From positions 30,506,001-30,570,000 of the forward strand of contig CM059432.1 in assembly GCA_030390025.1 (NCBI GenBank): a stretch of 64,000 nucleotides of DNA, written 5' to 3'. Of the stretch, positions 1 to 11,625 are shown one piece after another; position 1 is the stretch's first letter; each line of letters begins with the position of its first letter. The notes beneath the pieces are model-generated. The model was not told the DNA's origin. It saw only the letters and a list, made by a program, of their open reading frames with translations, and ran no database searches. The position numbers and the translations under genes were made by a program. The DNA is from Squalus acanthias. Taxonomy: Eukaryota.

Positions 1-61
1 ATCTGAACTGGTTGATGTCAGTAAGACTTGCAATGCAGCTTGTCAAATTTAGGGTTTTCAG

Positions 62-250
62 ATAAAAAGAGTTAATGCTGGAAATGCTCAGCAGATCAGG
101 TAGTATCGGTGAAGAGAATAAGGTAGGGTTAACGTTTCAGGTCGATAAAGTGTTAATTCTGTTTCAGATGCTGCCTGACCTGCTGAGTGTTTCCAGTATT
201 TTACTGTTGTTATTTCAGATTTTCGGCATTTGCAGTGTTTTGCTTTTGTT
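62..250. mobile_element. Penelope-like element (PLE) terminal fragment in fold-back arrangement, degenerate
   Basis: AATGCTGGAAATGCTCAGCAG...GTTAACGTTTCAGGTC followed by its inverted copy ...GATGCTGCCTGACCTGCTGAGTGTTTCCAG; same family as 1637-1842 and 37006-37227. Confidence 0.65.
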
Positions 251-699
251 TTAGGCTCGTTAAACCCAGACAGTTCTTTGCTGGGAAGTTAAGGCAAAGG
301 GTTACGGATTTATCTGGTGACCTTGATAAATATTCTTGTCATGGTACCAATCCGAGTGTTCTTAAAATCAAGGGCTGTAGTCACGTCTGCAGAGCTTCCA
401 CTCTCAGTAATAATAATCCCAGCGCTCAGAAATAATTGCGCTTGATATTAGCTTCCAAAAGTGTTATTTGAATGGCTTCATGCCTCAATTAAAATAGCAG
501 ACAATGTAATGTCATGCAAACATGTTTAGCATTTGGATGCTAACATTGCACATAGTAATTTTTTGACTACATAATAAGAAGTGAATAATGAATCATCTCC
601 AAAATCTTCACATTCAGTTGTAGTCTATTGCCACTTACTAAATGTCATGATCAAATCCCAAGAACAAAATAAAAAACAAACTGGCAGTGGTAGGGGGTG

Positions 700-1160
700 A
701 GGAGGCTTGATAGATGTTTAAGATTTTCCTGGAGAATTTGGATCTAGGACAGTCAGGGAACAGGATTCAAGGCAATAGGATACAGTTTAAAGTTAAAGGG
801 ATATAATTTTGTATTGGGTGTGAGCGCAAAATGGGCGATAGCGAATCGGCAGTCTGTTACACGCTCCGCCTGATTTTTGTTTCCATTGAAGTCAATTCAT
901 TATCGCTCTTTTTTCCCTAAGTTGTCAAAAGGAAAATATGAAATTTATGCAACATTTTTTTAGTAAGAGAGTGATAGAGTTGCAGAACAGGTTATTAGCG
1001 AGAGTGCAGGAACAGAAAACCATGGTAGGTTTTATAAACAGACCAGGTGAATTTCAATTAGGAAAAAAGATACTGGGCTATTTGTTCTGGAATCAGTAAT
1101 GAAACTGATGGGACCTTTAGAAGGGTAGGCCAGATAGGTTGATGATCTACTCTTGCCCAA
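700..1160 (+). mobile_element. Old, degenerate CR1 LINE 3' fragment containing a small MITE-like insert (~815-905)
   Basis: Weak similarity to the CR1 3' regions elsewhere in the window. Confidence 0.4.
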
Positions 1161-1271
1161 ATAATTACAAGTTCCAATCTATTTGGAAGTGAATAGAAGG
1201 CAGTAATGAACCATAAATTAATGGGATATTGTCTGGTTTTATTTTCACATACCTTTTACCACCTTTAACTT

Positions 1272-1360
1272 CTATATATAAACCACCCAAACCCTTCGAT
1301 TAAATTCCAGCCTGTAACTCATTCCCAGGTGTCTATTGTTCTATATATAATCCATCCATC
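1272..1360 (-). repeat. Inverted copy (~1.3 units) of the 69-bp tandem repeat at 2033-2405
   Basis: Near-perfect reverse complement of about 2030-2116. Confidence 0.85.
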
Positions 1361-1415
1361 TCTGTTATATATAATCTTTCTTTCTTTAATATAGTCTTTC
1401 TTTCTTTATATAAAA

Positions 1416-1505
1416 ATGAGAAGTCGCACAACACCAGGTTATAGTCCAACAGATTTATTTAATTTTACAAGCTTTCGAAGCAGTTCGCTCCTTCGTCAGG
1501 TAAGT
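1416..1505 (-). mobile_element. Short PLE-type terminal element with minimal hammerhead ribozyme motif (1466-1502)
   Basis: Minus strand: UAC-CUGACGA-A-GGAGC gaacu GCUUC-GAAA-GCUU-GUA, then AATAAA and CTGTTGGACTATAACCTGGTGTTGTGCGAC; near-identical to 33332-33429 and 43141-43233. Confidence 0.75.
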
Positions 1506-1636
1506 TAGCAATGAGAGAATCTCCCAGAATTCACAATTTAAACCCAGACAAAATCTATTCACATTATTCCCTGCAACAAAGAGCACAGCCAAGACAATGA
1601 GATGTGTCCCAGGGGGTCCAACGTGTCAAACCACCT

Positions 1637-1842
1637 ACTACTAATACGATAGCAAAATACTGCGGATGCTGGAAATCTGAAATAACAACAGAAAACGCTG
1701 GAAAAACTCAGCAGGCCAGGCAGCATCCGTGGAGAGAGAAAGAGAGTTAACGTTTCAGGTCATCGACCTGAAACGTTAACTCTCTTTCTCTCTCCACGGA
1801 TGCTGCCTGGCCTGCTGAGTTTTTCCAGCATTTTCTGTTGTT
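1637..1842. mobile_element. Fold-back PLE-derived insertion with 14-bp target-site duplication
   Basis: 78-bp arms 1684-1761 and 1765-1842 (one mismatch, ATC loop); TSD GTGTCAAACCACCT at 1623-1636 and 1843-1856. Confidence 0.85.
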
Positions 1843-2032
1843 GTGTCAAACCACCTGCTGGCTGCATATCCTGTCAATTTGTGTTCTTGTGTTAGCCTTT
1901 ATATTCTTTATATACATAGACATTTTCATGTGGGCCTTATATTTTGGAGATTTTTACACCTGCCTTTCTGTACTGAAAGAGAAACCATTGTAAATGTTTT
2001 GGTCACAAATATTATTTAGAAGTTAAAGGTGG

Positions 2033-2405
2033 ATGGATTATATATAGAACAATGGACACCTGGGAATGAGTTACAGGCTGGAATTAAATCGAAGGGTTTG
2101 GGTGGTTTATGTATAGAATAATGGCTGCCTAAGAGTGAGTTACAGGCTGGAATGTGATCGAGGGGTTCAGGTGGTTTATATTTAGAATAATGGATTCCTA
2201 GGAGTGAGTTACAGGCTGGAATGTGATCGAGGGGTTCAGATGGTTTATATATAGAATAATGGATTCCTAGGAGTGAGTTACAGGCTGGAATGTGATCGAG
2301 GGGTTCAGATGGTTTATATATAGAATAACGGATTTCTGGGAGTGAGTTACAGGCTGGAATCTAATTGAGATGATCTGTACTATGGAGGGAGTTACAGGCT
2401 GGAAT
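2033..2405 (+). repeat. Tandem repeat, 69-bp unit, ~5 copies
   Basis: Unit GAGTGAGTTACAGGCTGGAATGTGATCGAGGGGTTCAGATGGTTTATATATAGAATAATGGATTCCTAG recurs at 2133, 2202, 2271, 2340. Confidence 0.92.
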
Positions 2406-2785
2406 ATATGATGCAAACATTACATAGTTACTGGAATTTAACATTGAATGGGGTTAACATTACTTTATGTAATTTAATAATATCATAATATACATTTTTC
2501 ATGTTACTTTTTATTGAAATGAAGACATTTTAATTGCTGGAACTAGATGCTAGAAATTACTTTTTATGTTATCAGGTGAGTGCTCAATGTGTATGCATGA
2601 CATTTCGCTGTTTATTATTTAACAGATGTGTGAATTGTTTGGAATAAATAGGTTAACACCACTGTTAAAATAACGGACAGAGGAATGTCCCAGAAATATT
2701 AGGGGTGTGTACAATATCAGCAATGACAACTTCTAAGCTTCTATGTCCTTTGTTAATTCATCAGAAGAAAATGTCGAATTTGTAA

Positions 2786-3698
2786 GGGGGAAAAATTTGG
2801 TTGATTAGCGCCTCCCGTTAGCGCCCTCTTAGGGCGCTAATGGGGCGCAAAGCAACTAGCGCCCGGGCGCGGCGATGTTTGCGCCACTCGCAAAATTTAC
2901 CAGACATTTTGCAGCGGCGCTAAACACTACCGCCACGATCTCCTGCACCCACAGATCGTGACGTCAGTCGTGCATGCAACACCCCGGTAGCGCCCCGGAC
3001 TGGATATTGAGTCGCGTCCCCTGCCTTTCCGCCTGCCGCTAGCAACGACAGGTAGAGGGGAACGTTTTGCAGTCGGGAAGGGGCTGGGGGAGCACTATTT
3101 AAAGGTGGCCACTTCCTGCCTTTCTTTGTCGGCGACATTTTTGCACCACGCATTCTGAGAGAGAGAGAGAGATTCTGAACGAGAGAGAGAGACTTCTGGA
3201 GTGATTCAACACTGTGTGAAGGAGTTTTGGGTACTGAGCAGCACTTTGCAGGTTCATTTTGATTTGACCTTCCTTGCGTCAATTTAGAAGAGACTGAGGG
3301 GGCTGCAGTCTGAGCTCTTTCCCTGGGCCTCTCCATTGTTCTTTCCAGCAGAATTGATGTACAGGTCTCTCCAGGCTGAGATTCAAGGCTGCAATGAGCA
3401 GGGTGTGGCTGGAAAGCAAGATCGACCCTCCCCTTTAAGAACTGACCGGCACCAGTGTGTCTGTGTTCCATTGCTAACTGACATCACATGAGCTTCGCCA
3501 GCGCTCTGAGGTAGCGCCTCGCTCCTCAGGCATTAGCGCCTTAAGAGAGGTATGTAGCGCCTGATTTAGCGCTCCAATCACCTCCAGGGGCAATAGAAGC
3601 CAAGTTTGCAGTCGGAGGCGATAATTAGCGCCAGGCGCTAAACTTTGTGCCCGGCCGATAATTGCGTCCCTAACGGGGCGATACCAAATTTCTCCCCC
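2786..3698. mobile_element. Non-autonomous PIF/Harbinger-type element (MITE), TAA TSD
   Basis: TIRs GGGGGAAAAATTTGGT / ACCAAATTTCTCCCCC; TAA at 2783-2785 and 3699-3701; many subterminal TAGCGCC/GGCGCTA motifs. Confidence 0.85.
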
Positions 3699-4599
3699 TA
3701 AACATTTTAACCCACATATACGGTTCCTCCTCCCTCCACCCTCAGTCTAATGCAAACAAGAGTTAGTTGCACTGTATCCTACTCGGACCCTTCTAGCTGA
3801 CCCTCCCTCAGGCTAAAATGAGGCCTCTCATTTCCATATTTAAGGGACCTAATGCCTGTTTTAGGCGGTTGCCGAGGCTGCCTAAAAAATTGCTTGACCT
3901 AATTTCAGGTTGGTAGTTTTCCAGGTGCACTTGGGGTGCAGGACATAGGCCCCTGAAACTTATACCTGAAAAGCGGGTGCAACGATGTCCAATTCCTACC
4001 CCAGATTATCTGGTCAGTTATCTTGTTGTTGTTTGTGAGCTTTGCTGTGTGCAAATTGGAGCCTAAACTTCCAAACAATTTAATGACCTGTAACTGACCT
4101 CAGGAATTTTGAAGCATCTACTATCATCTGGATTCCCACTGGGAGTCCTTGAGCAATAACCTTAAAGGGGGCAGGCCATGTTAGCCTGTTGGGTTATATT
4201 ACCAAATAGATAATGGTCAAATTCCAAATAGGTTAAGGGCTGTAAGCCCTCCGAGCCCCCCACTATGCCCCGATTTTTGCCTCCCTTCTCACTGCCGTAC
4301 TCCGAGGCCCCCCACAATGTCCCGATCATCTCCGGTTGTCGGGGACCGTCCCCAGTGGTCGCTGGCTATGGTCTTCTACCGTTGGCTTTCCCACCCGGCA
4401 GCCGGCCAGCCTCTCAATATGGAAACGGAATAAAAAAGTGATAATGAAGTCCTGCCGTTAAATTTGGCAGGACCGCCGTGTTCCCAGCATTTCCGGGTTC
4501 CCCCCCTCCGCAATTACGCACCCCCACTTCCTCCCCACCTTCCCATAAATACCAGGGCCATGGCCTTACTCCTGGAAATTGTTAAATCCTGCTTTTAGG

Positions 4600-5075
4600 T
4601 GTAAAGTTGCAACAATTACTCCCACTTTGAAAATTTATAAAAGGCAAGCCAAGCCTTAACTGTTGAATGCTAATAGTTCTTTATGGAATTGAAAGGTGTT
4701 GGAGACAATTTAGTTACGATAATGGTTAGAACTAGTTGTCAAAGAGACTGAGCAAACAATAGGGAGCGAATGAAAACTGGTGTACTCCTTTTGTGCAACC
4801 CATAAACTGTAACTTAAAAAAACATTAAATGAAACTTAACAAATCAAATTAAAATTCTATTCCCCGGGGTGATGATGCACTCCAGTCCCTGCGGTGCTCA
4901 CCGGTCGCGGAAGGCCTCGAGCGTGCCGGCGGACACTGCGTGCTCCATCTCCAGGGCCACCCGGGCGTGAACGTGGCTGCGGAAGAGAGGCAGGCAGTCG
5001 GGCCGAGCGACCCCCTCGACCGCCCGCTGCCTGGACCAGTTGATGGCCACTTTGGCCAGGCCCAGGAGCAGTCCC
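4600..5075 (-). mobile_element. L1/Tx1-type LINE 3' fragment (ORF2 C-terminus plus 3' UTR)
   Basis: Minus strand reads LLLGLAKVAINWSRQRAVEGVARPDCLPLFRSHVHARVALEMEHAVSAGTLEAFRDR*APQGLECIITPGNRILI*, resembling a Tx1 ORF2 C-terminus. Confidence 0.65.
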
Positions 5076-5432
5076 ATGAAAACTGATGTATTTCTGAATA
5101 GAGCAATTGCAGTGAACCTAATCCTGAATCACTTCCACAAGGGACCAAAGGGTTAAGTGAAACCAGCTGCTAGTTTTGTGCTTGATTAAACTAGCCAAGG
5201 TTTAAAAAGTAAATCGGCCCTGCTCTGCTAATAGTCCACAACAATTCAACACGTGGAAGTACTCGAGATAGAATTTCCTGGCAATCACCAACAAATTATT
5301 TCTCAACAAACCTGCAAGAACCACATTAGTAATCTTATTGTGTAAATGCCATCCTACATCAATGGTAAGAAATACACTGGCTATCCATCTGCCCTCTAAT
5401 TATTCCTGGCTTTCTGATGTTCTAAATATAAA

Positions 5433-6193
5433 GGGGGAAAAATTCAGCTGCTTGCGCCTCCCGTTAGCGCCTTAAGAGGGCGCTAATGGGGCGTAAAGCA
5501 GCTAACGCCCGGGCGCAGCGCCGCCCACGCCTCCCGAAAAATTTAGTGGGAGGTTAGCGGCGGCGGCAGCCGGTAGCGCCCTGTGGTGCTGCGCCGCCGG
5601 CGATGACGTCATCGCCGTGCGCAGCACCCCGCTCGCGCCCCGGCCGTGATCTTCAGTCGCGCCCCCTGATTTACCGCCAGACGCTATGTCCGACGGGTTC
5701 AGGGAGGCGTACGTGCGGCCGGGGCGGCGATATTTAAAGCGGAGGTGGCAGGCGGCCATTTTTGTTGCTGGCCGCCTGCCAGCACCTGCCCCCGGCCCCC
5801 GTGAAGCCCCCCCACCGTGAAGTGCCGGCTGCGCTCCAAGAGCCCGGCACTTCTCTTGAGTGCCGGGCTCTTTTGCCGGCACTCCCGATCCCTGGGGGCC
5901 CAGCTGGGCCCCGGTTCGCGCTGCGCAGGGTCCCTCCCCTTTAAGAAGGGGAGGAAGGCCTGCAATACCGCGGCGCGACGTGCCGCAGCGCGTGGCGCTG
6001 CGGCACGTAGCGCCAGGATATTCACTCGCAGCGCCCCAAGAGGGATGCGGGCTGGTTCCAGTTGCGCCCCGCTTCCCTCTTGGGGCGCAACCACTGAAGT
6101 TCCGGCGCGGGGCCGCTAATTTTTTCGGGGCGCTAAAAGTCGCGCCCCGGCGAGGTTAGCGCCCCAAATGGGGCGCGACTCAATTTTTACCCC
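5433..6193. mobile_element. GC/CpG-rich non-autonomous Harbinger-type MITE related to 2786-3698
   Basis: TIRs GGGGGAAAAATT / AATTTTTACCCC; AAA on both flanks; left ~250 bp similar to 2786-3040 (GCGCCTCCCGTTAGCGCC...GGGCGCTAATGGGGCG). Confidence 0.85.
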
Positions 6194-7719
6194 AAACAGT
6201 CAGCATCACTTGATTACATTACTGGTTTGCATTCACTCCCAGGTAGTTACTATTTCTATGTACAAACAATCTGAATGCCACAGCTTACTAACTTGGAATT
6301 GCCTTAAATACTAATTACTTCACAGAACTATTCGATCTAATGAGGTGTACAGGGAGTCAGGATCAAGTGCATTATTGAGGTCAAGTATAGAATCATAGAA
6401 TGGTTACTGCATAGAAGGAGGCCATTCAGCCCGTTGAGCCCATGCCAGTAGGGTTCGTGGGTAGGGGAATAATTGGATCCAAGTGTCCTCCCAATCTCAT
6501 TAGAGTACGCCCAAACTTAAAAGTATGAAAATTTAAGTTTCAACCCATTTAATCATAATTCATGCACATCAGTCACAGCGTGTTAAGAATTGGGGAAGCT
6601 TTTCAATTTTTAATGTAACTTATACTTCTGCCATAAAAATGCAATAAAAGAAACATCAAATACAAAGCAGGTCTCAATGAGGATAAAAAAAAAAATTAAT
6701 TTCAGAAAATTGCAATAAAACACCAGAAGAATCACTTCCTGCTGCGCCTGAGAATCTGGTCACATTATTAGACCCGCTGAACAAGCACAATTGGAGGATA
6801 CTTGCATTTGCAAGTTGAGGGCGTGGCCAGTTTTGTGGGTGGAGATTCATTCAGGCAGAGGTTTGATGGTTGGTCGTAAAAGATTGAGGAGACTTGGGCG
6901 TATTGTAGTTACGTGTGTAACTCACTTACGGCCAAAATTCTGCCATCTTTTAAGCCACGTAATTGGGCTGTGCCCTAATTACATGTGCTTCTGGGCGGAA
7001 ACTCCAGACCGTGATGGCGAAAGAAGATTGGGAGGTGGGCAAGGATGGGAGGGCAGGGAGGAACGGAGAGAGTAAGTGGCGTAGAGAGAGGGGAGAGGTA
7101 AGAGGAGGCAAATCGAGGGAGGAGAGGGGTATTGGGGAAGGGTGGTGGGGAAGAGGAGGGAAAAGGCAAGGAACCTGCCTCTCTCAATGGGGGAAGGGGG
7201 TTCTAGTAAGCCACCTTCTATCCTCCAGGTCCTGATTTTAAACTAAGGGGAGCATTACTGAGTTTCACCTTTCCCTTCTGCAGACCTATATTTTTGTCTC
7301 AGCATAGGGGATGCTGTTATGGTGAGCTTCATCTACCGTCCTACAGGGATTTGATGGGGCGAAGAGCTTAGCTTTATCTTCCTTCAATGGGGGTGACGGG
7401 CATGTTGGACTTTACTCACTGAGGTGAGGGCATCGGTAAGATTCCCTTTTCCCTTCTGCCTCGGTGGGAGGTTGTGACTGTTGCCTTCAATCAGTGAAGA
7501 TCAAGTTAAGGGGCATGGGCACCTTCCATGTGTTCAGTAGGTTCTAGCAAAATAGATAGCCTTATTTGTCGGGACGGGGGCTTAGGAACGACTGGGACAC
7601 ATACTTGTGCAGGGGGTTGTGGGTGACTGCGTACCGATTTAATTTTATTTGCCTTTGATTTGGTATGCAAAGGAGAATGTAGTGGCATCTTCAGGGTACA
7701 GCAAGTTAGCTGACATAGA

Positions 7720-9560
7720 ATTACATAGAATATAAGAACATAAGAACATAAGAAATAGGAGCAGGAATAGGCCACTTGGTCCCTCGAGCCTGCTCCGCCA
7801 TTCAATAAGATCATGGCTGATCTTGGGCTCAAAGCCACTTTCCTGCCCACTTCCCATAACCCTTCACTCCATTATCTTGCAAAAATCTGTCTATCTCCAC
7901 CTTAAATGTATTTAATGATCCAGCCTCCATGGCTCTCTGGGGCAGAGAATTCCACAGATTTACGACCCTCTGAGAGAAGAAATTCCTCCTCATCTCAGTT
8001 CTAAAAGGGCGACGCTTTATTCTGAAACTGTGACCCCGAGTTCTAGATTTCCCCACGAGGGGAAACATCCTTTCTGCTTCTACATTGTCGAGCCCCCTCA
8101 GTATCCTATATGTTTCAATAAGATCACCTCTCATACTTCTAAATTCCAATGAGTATAGTCCCAACCTGCTCAACCTTTCTTCATAAGTCAACCCCCTCAT
8201 CTCAGGAATCAATCGTGTGAATCGTTTCTGAACTGCCTCCAATGCAAGTATATCCTTCCTTAAATAAGGAGACCAAAACTGTACGCAGTACTCAAGGTGT
8301 GGTCTAACCAATACCCTGTACAGTTGTAGCAGGACTTCCCTGCTTTTATACTCCAACCCCCTTGTAATAAAGGCCAACATTCCATTTGCCTTTTTGATTA
8401 CTTGCTGTACCTGCATGCTAACTTTTTGTGTTTCATGCACAAGGACCCCCAGGTCCCGCTGAACTGTAGCATTTTGTAAACTCTCTCCATTTAAATAATA
8501 ATTTGCTTTTTTATTTTTCCTGCCAAAATGGATAACCTCGCACTTTCCCACATTATACTCTATCTGCCAAATGTTTGCCCACTCACTTAGCCTGTCCATA
8601 TCCCTTTGCAGATTCTTTGAGTCCATTTAAATAATAATTTGCTTTTTTATTTTTCCTGCCAAAATGGATAACCTCGCACTTTCCCACATTATACTCTATC
8701 TGCCAAATGTTTGCCCACTCACTTAGCCTGTCCATATCCCTTTGCAGATTCTTTGAGTCCTCCGCACAACTTGCTTTCCCACCCATCTTTGTATCATCCG
8801 CAAACTTGGCTACATTACACTCAGTCCCTTCATCCAAGTCATTAATGTAGATTGTAAATAGTTGAGGCCCCAGCACCAATCCCTGTGGCACCCCACTAGT
8901 TACCGTTTGCCGGAAAATGACCCATTTATCCCGACTCTCTGCTTTCTGTTAGTTAGCCAATTCTCTATCCATGCTAAAATATTACCCCCAACTCCGTGAG
9001 CTCTTATCTTATGCAGTAACCTTTTATGTGGCACCTTATCGAATGCCTTCTGGAAATCCAAATACACAACATCCACTGGCTCACCCTTATCCACCCTATT
9101 CGTTACATCCTCAAAGAACTCCAGCAAATTTGTTAAACATGATTTCCCTTTCATAAAACCATGCTGACTTTGCTTGACTGCATTATGATTTTCCAAATGC
9201 CATGCTACTGCTTCCTTAATGAAGGACTCCAGCATTTTTCCAACGACAGATGTTAGGCTAACTGGTCTATAGTTTCCTGCTTTCTGTCTCCCTCCTTTCT
9301 TAAATAGGGATGTTACATTTGCGGTTTTCCAATCCGCTGGGACCTCTCCAGAGTCCAGGGAATTTTGGTATATTGCAACCAATGCATCCACTATCTCTGC
9401 AGCCACTTCTTTTAAAACCCTGGGATGCAGGCCATCTGGTCCAGGGGACTTGTCGTCTTTTAGTCCCATTATTTTACCAAGTACTTTTTCCTTAGTGATA
9501 GTGATTGTCTTTAGGTCCCCCCTCCCTGCGGCCGGCCCCTTAATTATCCATTATTGGGAT
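7720..9560 (-). mobile_element. CR1 LINE, 5'-truncated, ORF2 reverse transcriptase region with frameshifts
   Basis: ORFs 8900-9469 (KSPGPDG, NYRPVSLTS, YLDFQKAFDKV), 8583-8891 (PQG, FADD) and 7829-8626 (RPHLEYCVQFWSP); 3' tail of AAGAACAT repeats. Confidence 0.95.
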
Positions 9561-9574
9561 GTTGTTAGTGTCTT

Positions 9575-11230
9575 CTATACAGCACAGAAACAGGCCATTC
9601 TGCACAACCAGTCCATTTACGCTCCACTCAAGCCTCTTCCCATCCTTCCTCATCTAACTCTATCAGCATAACCCTCTATTCCCTTCTCCCATATGCTTGT
9701 CTAGCTTCCTCTTAAATATATCTATACTGTTCACCTCAACTACTCCATGTGGTCGCGAGTTTCACATTCACACCACTCTGGGTAAAGAAGTTTCTTCTGA
9801 ATTCCCTATTTGATTTCTTATATCGATGGCCTCTAGTTTTGCTCTTCCCCACAAGTGGAAACACACTCTCTGTTTCTACTCTATCAAAACCTTTCATAAT
9901 TTTAAAGACCTCTATTATAAAGAGAAAAGAGACCCAGCCTGTTCATCCTTTCCTGATAAGTATAAACTTGCAGTTCTGGTATCATCCTTGCAAATCTTTT
10001 TTGCACCCCCTCCAGTGCCTCTATATCGTTTTTATAATATGGCGACCAAAACTGTACACAGTATTCCAAGTGTGGTCTAACCAAGGTTTGATACAAGTTT
10101 AGCATAACTTCTTTACTTTTCAAATCTATCCCTCTAGAAATAAACCCTAGCTCTTGGTTTGCTTTTGTTATGGCCTTGTTGACCTGCGTTGCAACTTTTA
10201 GTGATTTGTTATTTGTACTCCCAGATCCCTTTGCTCCTTTAACACGTTTAGATTCTTATTTTCCAAGTAATATGTGACCTCCTTAATTGTTTTACCAAAA
10301 TGTAATGCCTCACATGTATCTATGTTGAAATTCATTTGCCAATTATATGCCCATTCAGCAAGTTTATTAATGTATTCTTGTAATTTGTTGCAGTCCTCCT
10401 CAGTGTTGACTATCCCTCCCAATTTGGTGTTGTCTGCAAATTTAGAAATTGTGTTTTTGATTCCAAAGTCTAAATCATTAATATAAATTGTGAACAACAG
10501 TAGTCCCAGCATTGATCTTTGTGGGACCCCACTTCCCACTTACTGCCATTCTGAATAGCTACCCTTCACCCCTATTCTCTGCTTTCTGTCTTTCAGCCAG
10601 CCAGCTATCCATTCTGCTACTTGTCTCCTGACTCTGCCTGCTCTGACCTTATTTATTAGTCTATTATGTGGTACCTTATCAAAGGCCTTTTGGAAATCTA
10701 GATATATTACATCTACTGCATTATCCTTGTCCACTCTCTCTGTTACCTCTTCAAAGAATTCAATGAGGTTGGTCAAGCAAGACTTTCCCTTTTGAAATCC
10801 ATTTTGAGTATTCATTATTATATTTTTGGTTTCTAGATGTTTTCTATTTTATCCTTTAATAGGGATTGCATTATTTTTCCTACTGCCAATGTTAATCTGA
10901 CTGTTCTATAGTTCCCTGGACATGTTCTATTTCCTTCTCAAATATAGGTATAATGTTAGCTATCCGCCAGTCCTCTGGCACTACACCTTTTTCTAATGAG
11001 TCATTAAATGTGTGTAATAGTGCCTCTGCTATCTCTTCCCTAGATTCTTTACAATGCGCGGATCCAATCTGTCCGGACCAGGGGTTTTATCCCCTTTGAG
11101 TTTGATTAGTTTATTTAACATTTCTCCTCTTTATTTTAAATGCGGTTATATCATTTCTAATTTCATCTTCTGATGTCATGTCCACTTCATCCGTCTCCCT
11201 GGTAAATACTGAAGCAAAATAATTATTTAA
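9575..11230 (-). mobile_element. CR1 LINE (second subfamily), truncated RT region
   Basis: ORFs 10540-10815 (YLDFQKAFDKV), 10198-10539 (GVPQ, FADN) and 9902-10123; same subfamily as 58975-60310. Confidence 0.92.
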
Positions 11231-11234
11231 TCTC

Positions 11235-11625
11235 TCTCTCCTAGGCAGTCCCTTGGAACCGAGGATGACTTGCTTCCACATTAAAAATGAGTTCTCAGGT
11301 GACTGATGAGTCCAATGCGGGACCTACAGTCTTTGTCACAGGTGGGGCAGACGGTGGTTGAAGGGGTGCTTGGGTTGACGTGCGCTCCTTCCGCTGCTTG
11401 TACTTGGCTTCTGCTTGCTCCCGGCGAAGAGACTCGAGGTGTTCGGCGCCTTCCCCGGATGCTTCTCCTCCACTTTGAGCGGTCTTGGGCCAGGGTTTCC
11501 CAGGTGTCAGTGGGGATGCTGGACTTTTTCAAGGAGGCTTTGAGGGTGTCCTTGAAGCATTTCCTCTGCCCACCTGGGGCTCTCTTGCTGTGTTAGAGCT
11601 CCGAGTAGAGCGCTTGTTTTGGGAA
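11235..11625 (-). mobile_element. RTE-clade LINE 3' fragment with C-terminal C2H2 zinc finger
   Basis: WETLAQDRSKWR motif and CPTCDKDCRSRIGLISHLRTH in ORF 11281-11532. Confidence 0.8.

Noticed and set aside
2920..3471. 183-aa ORF
   Set aside because: Inside a MITE, crosses a GA microsatellite, no recognisable domain
5502..6159. Overlapping ORFs on both strands and possible host CpG-island promoter
   Set aside because: Fully enclosed by MITE TIRs and TSD; ORFs reflect high GC content
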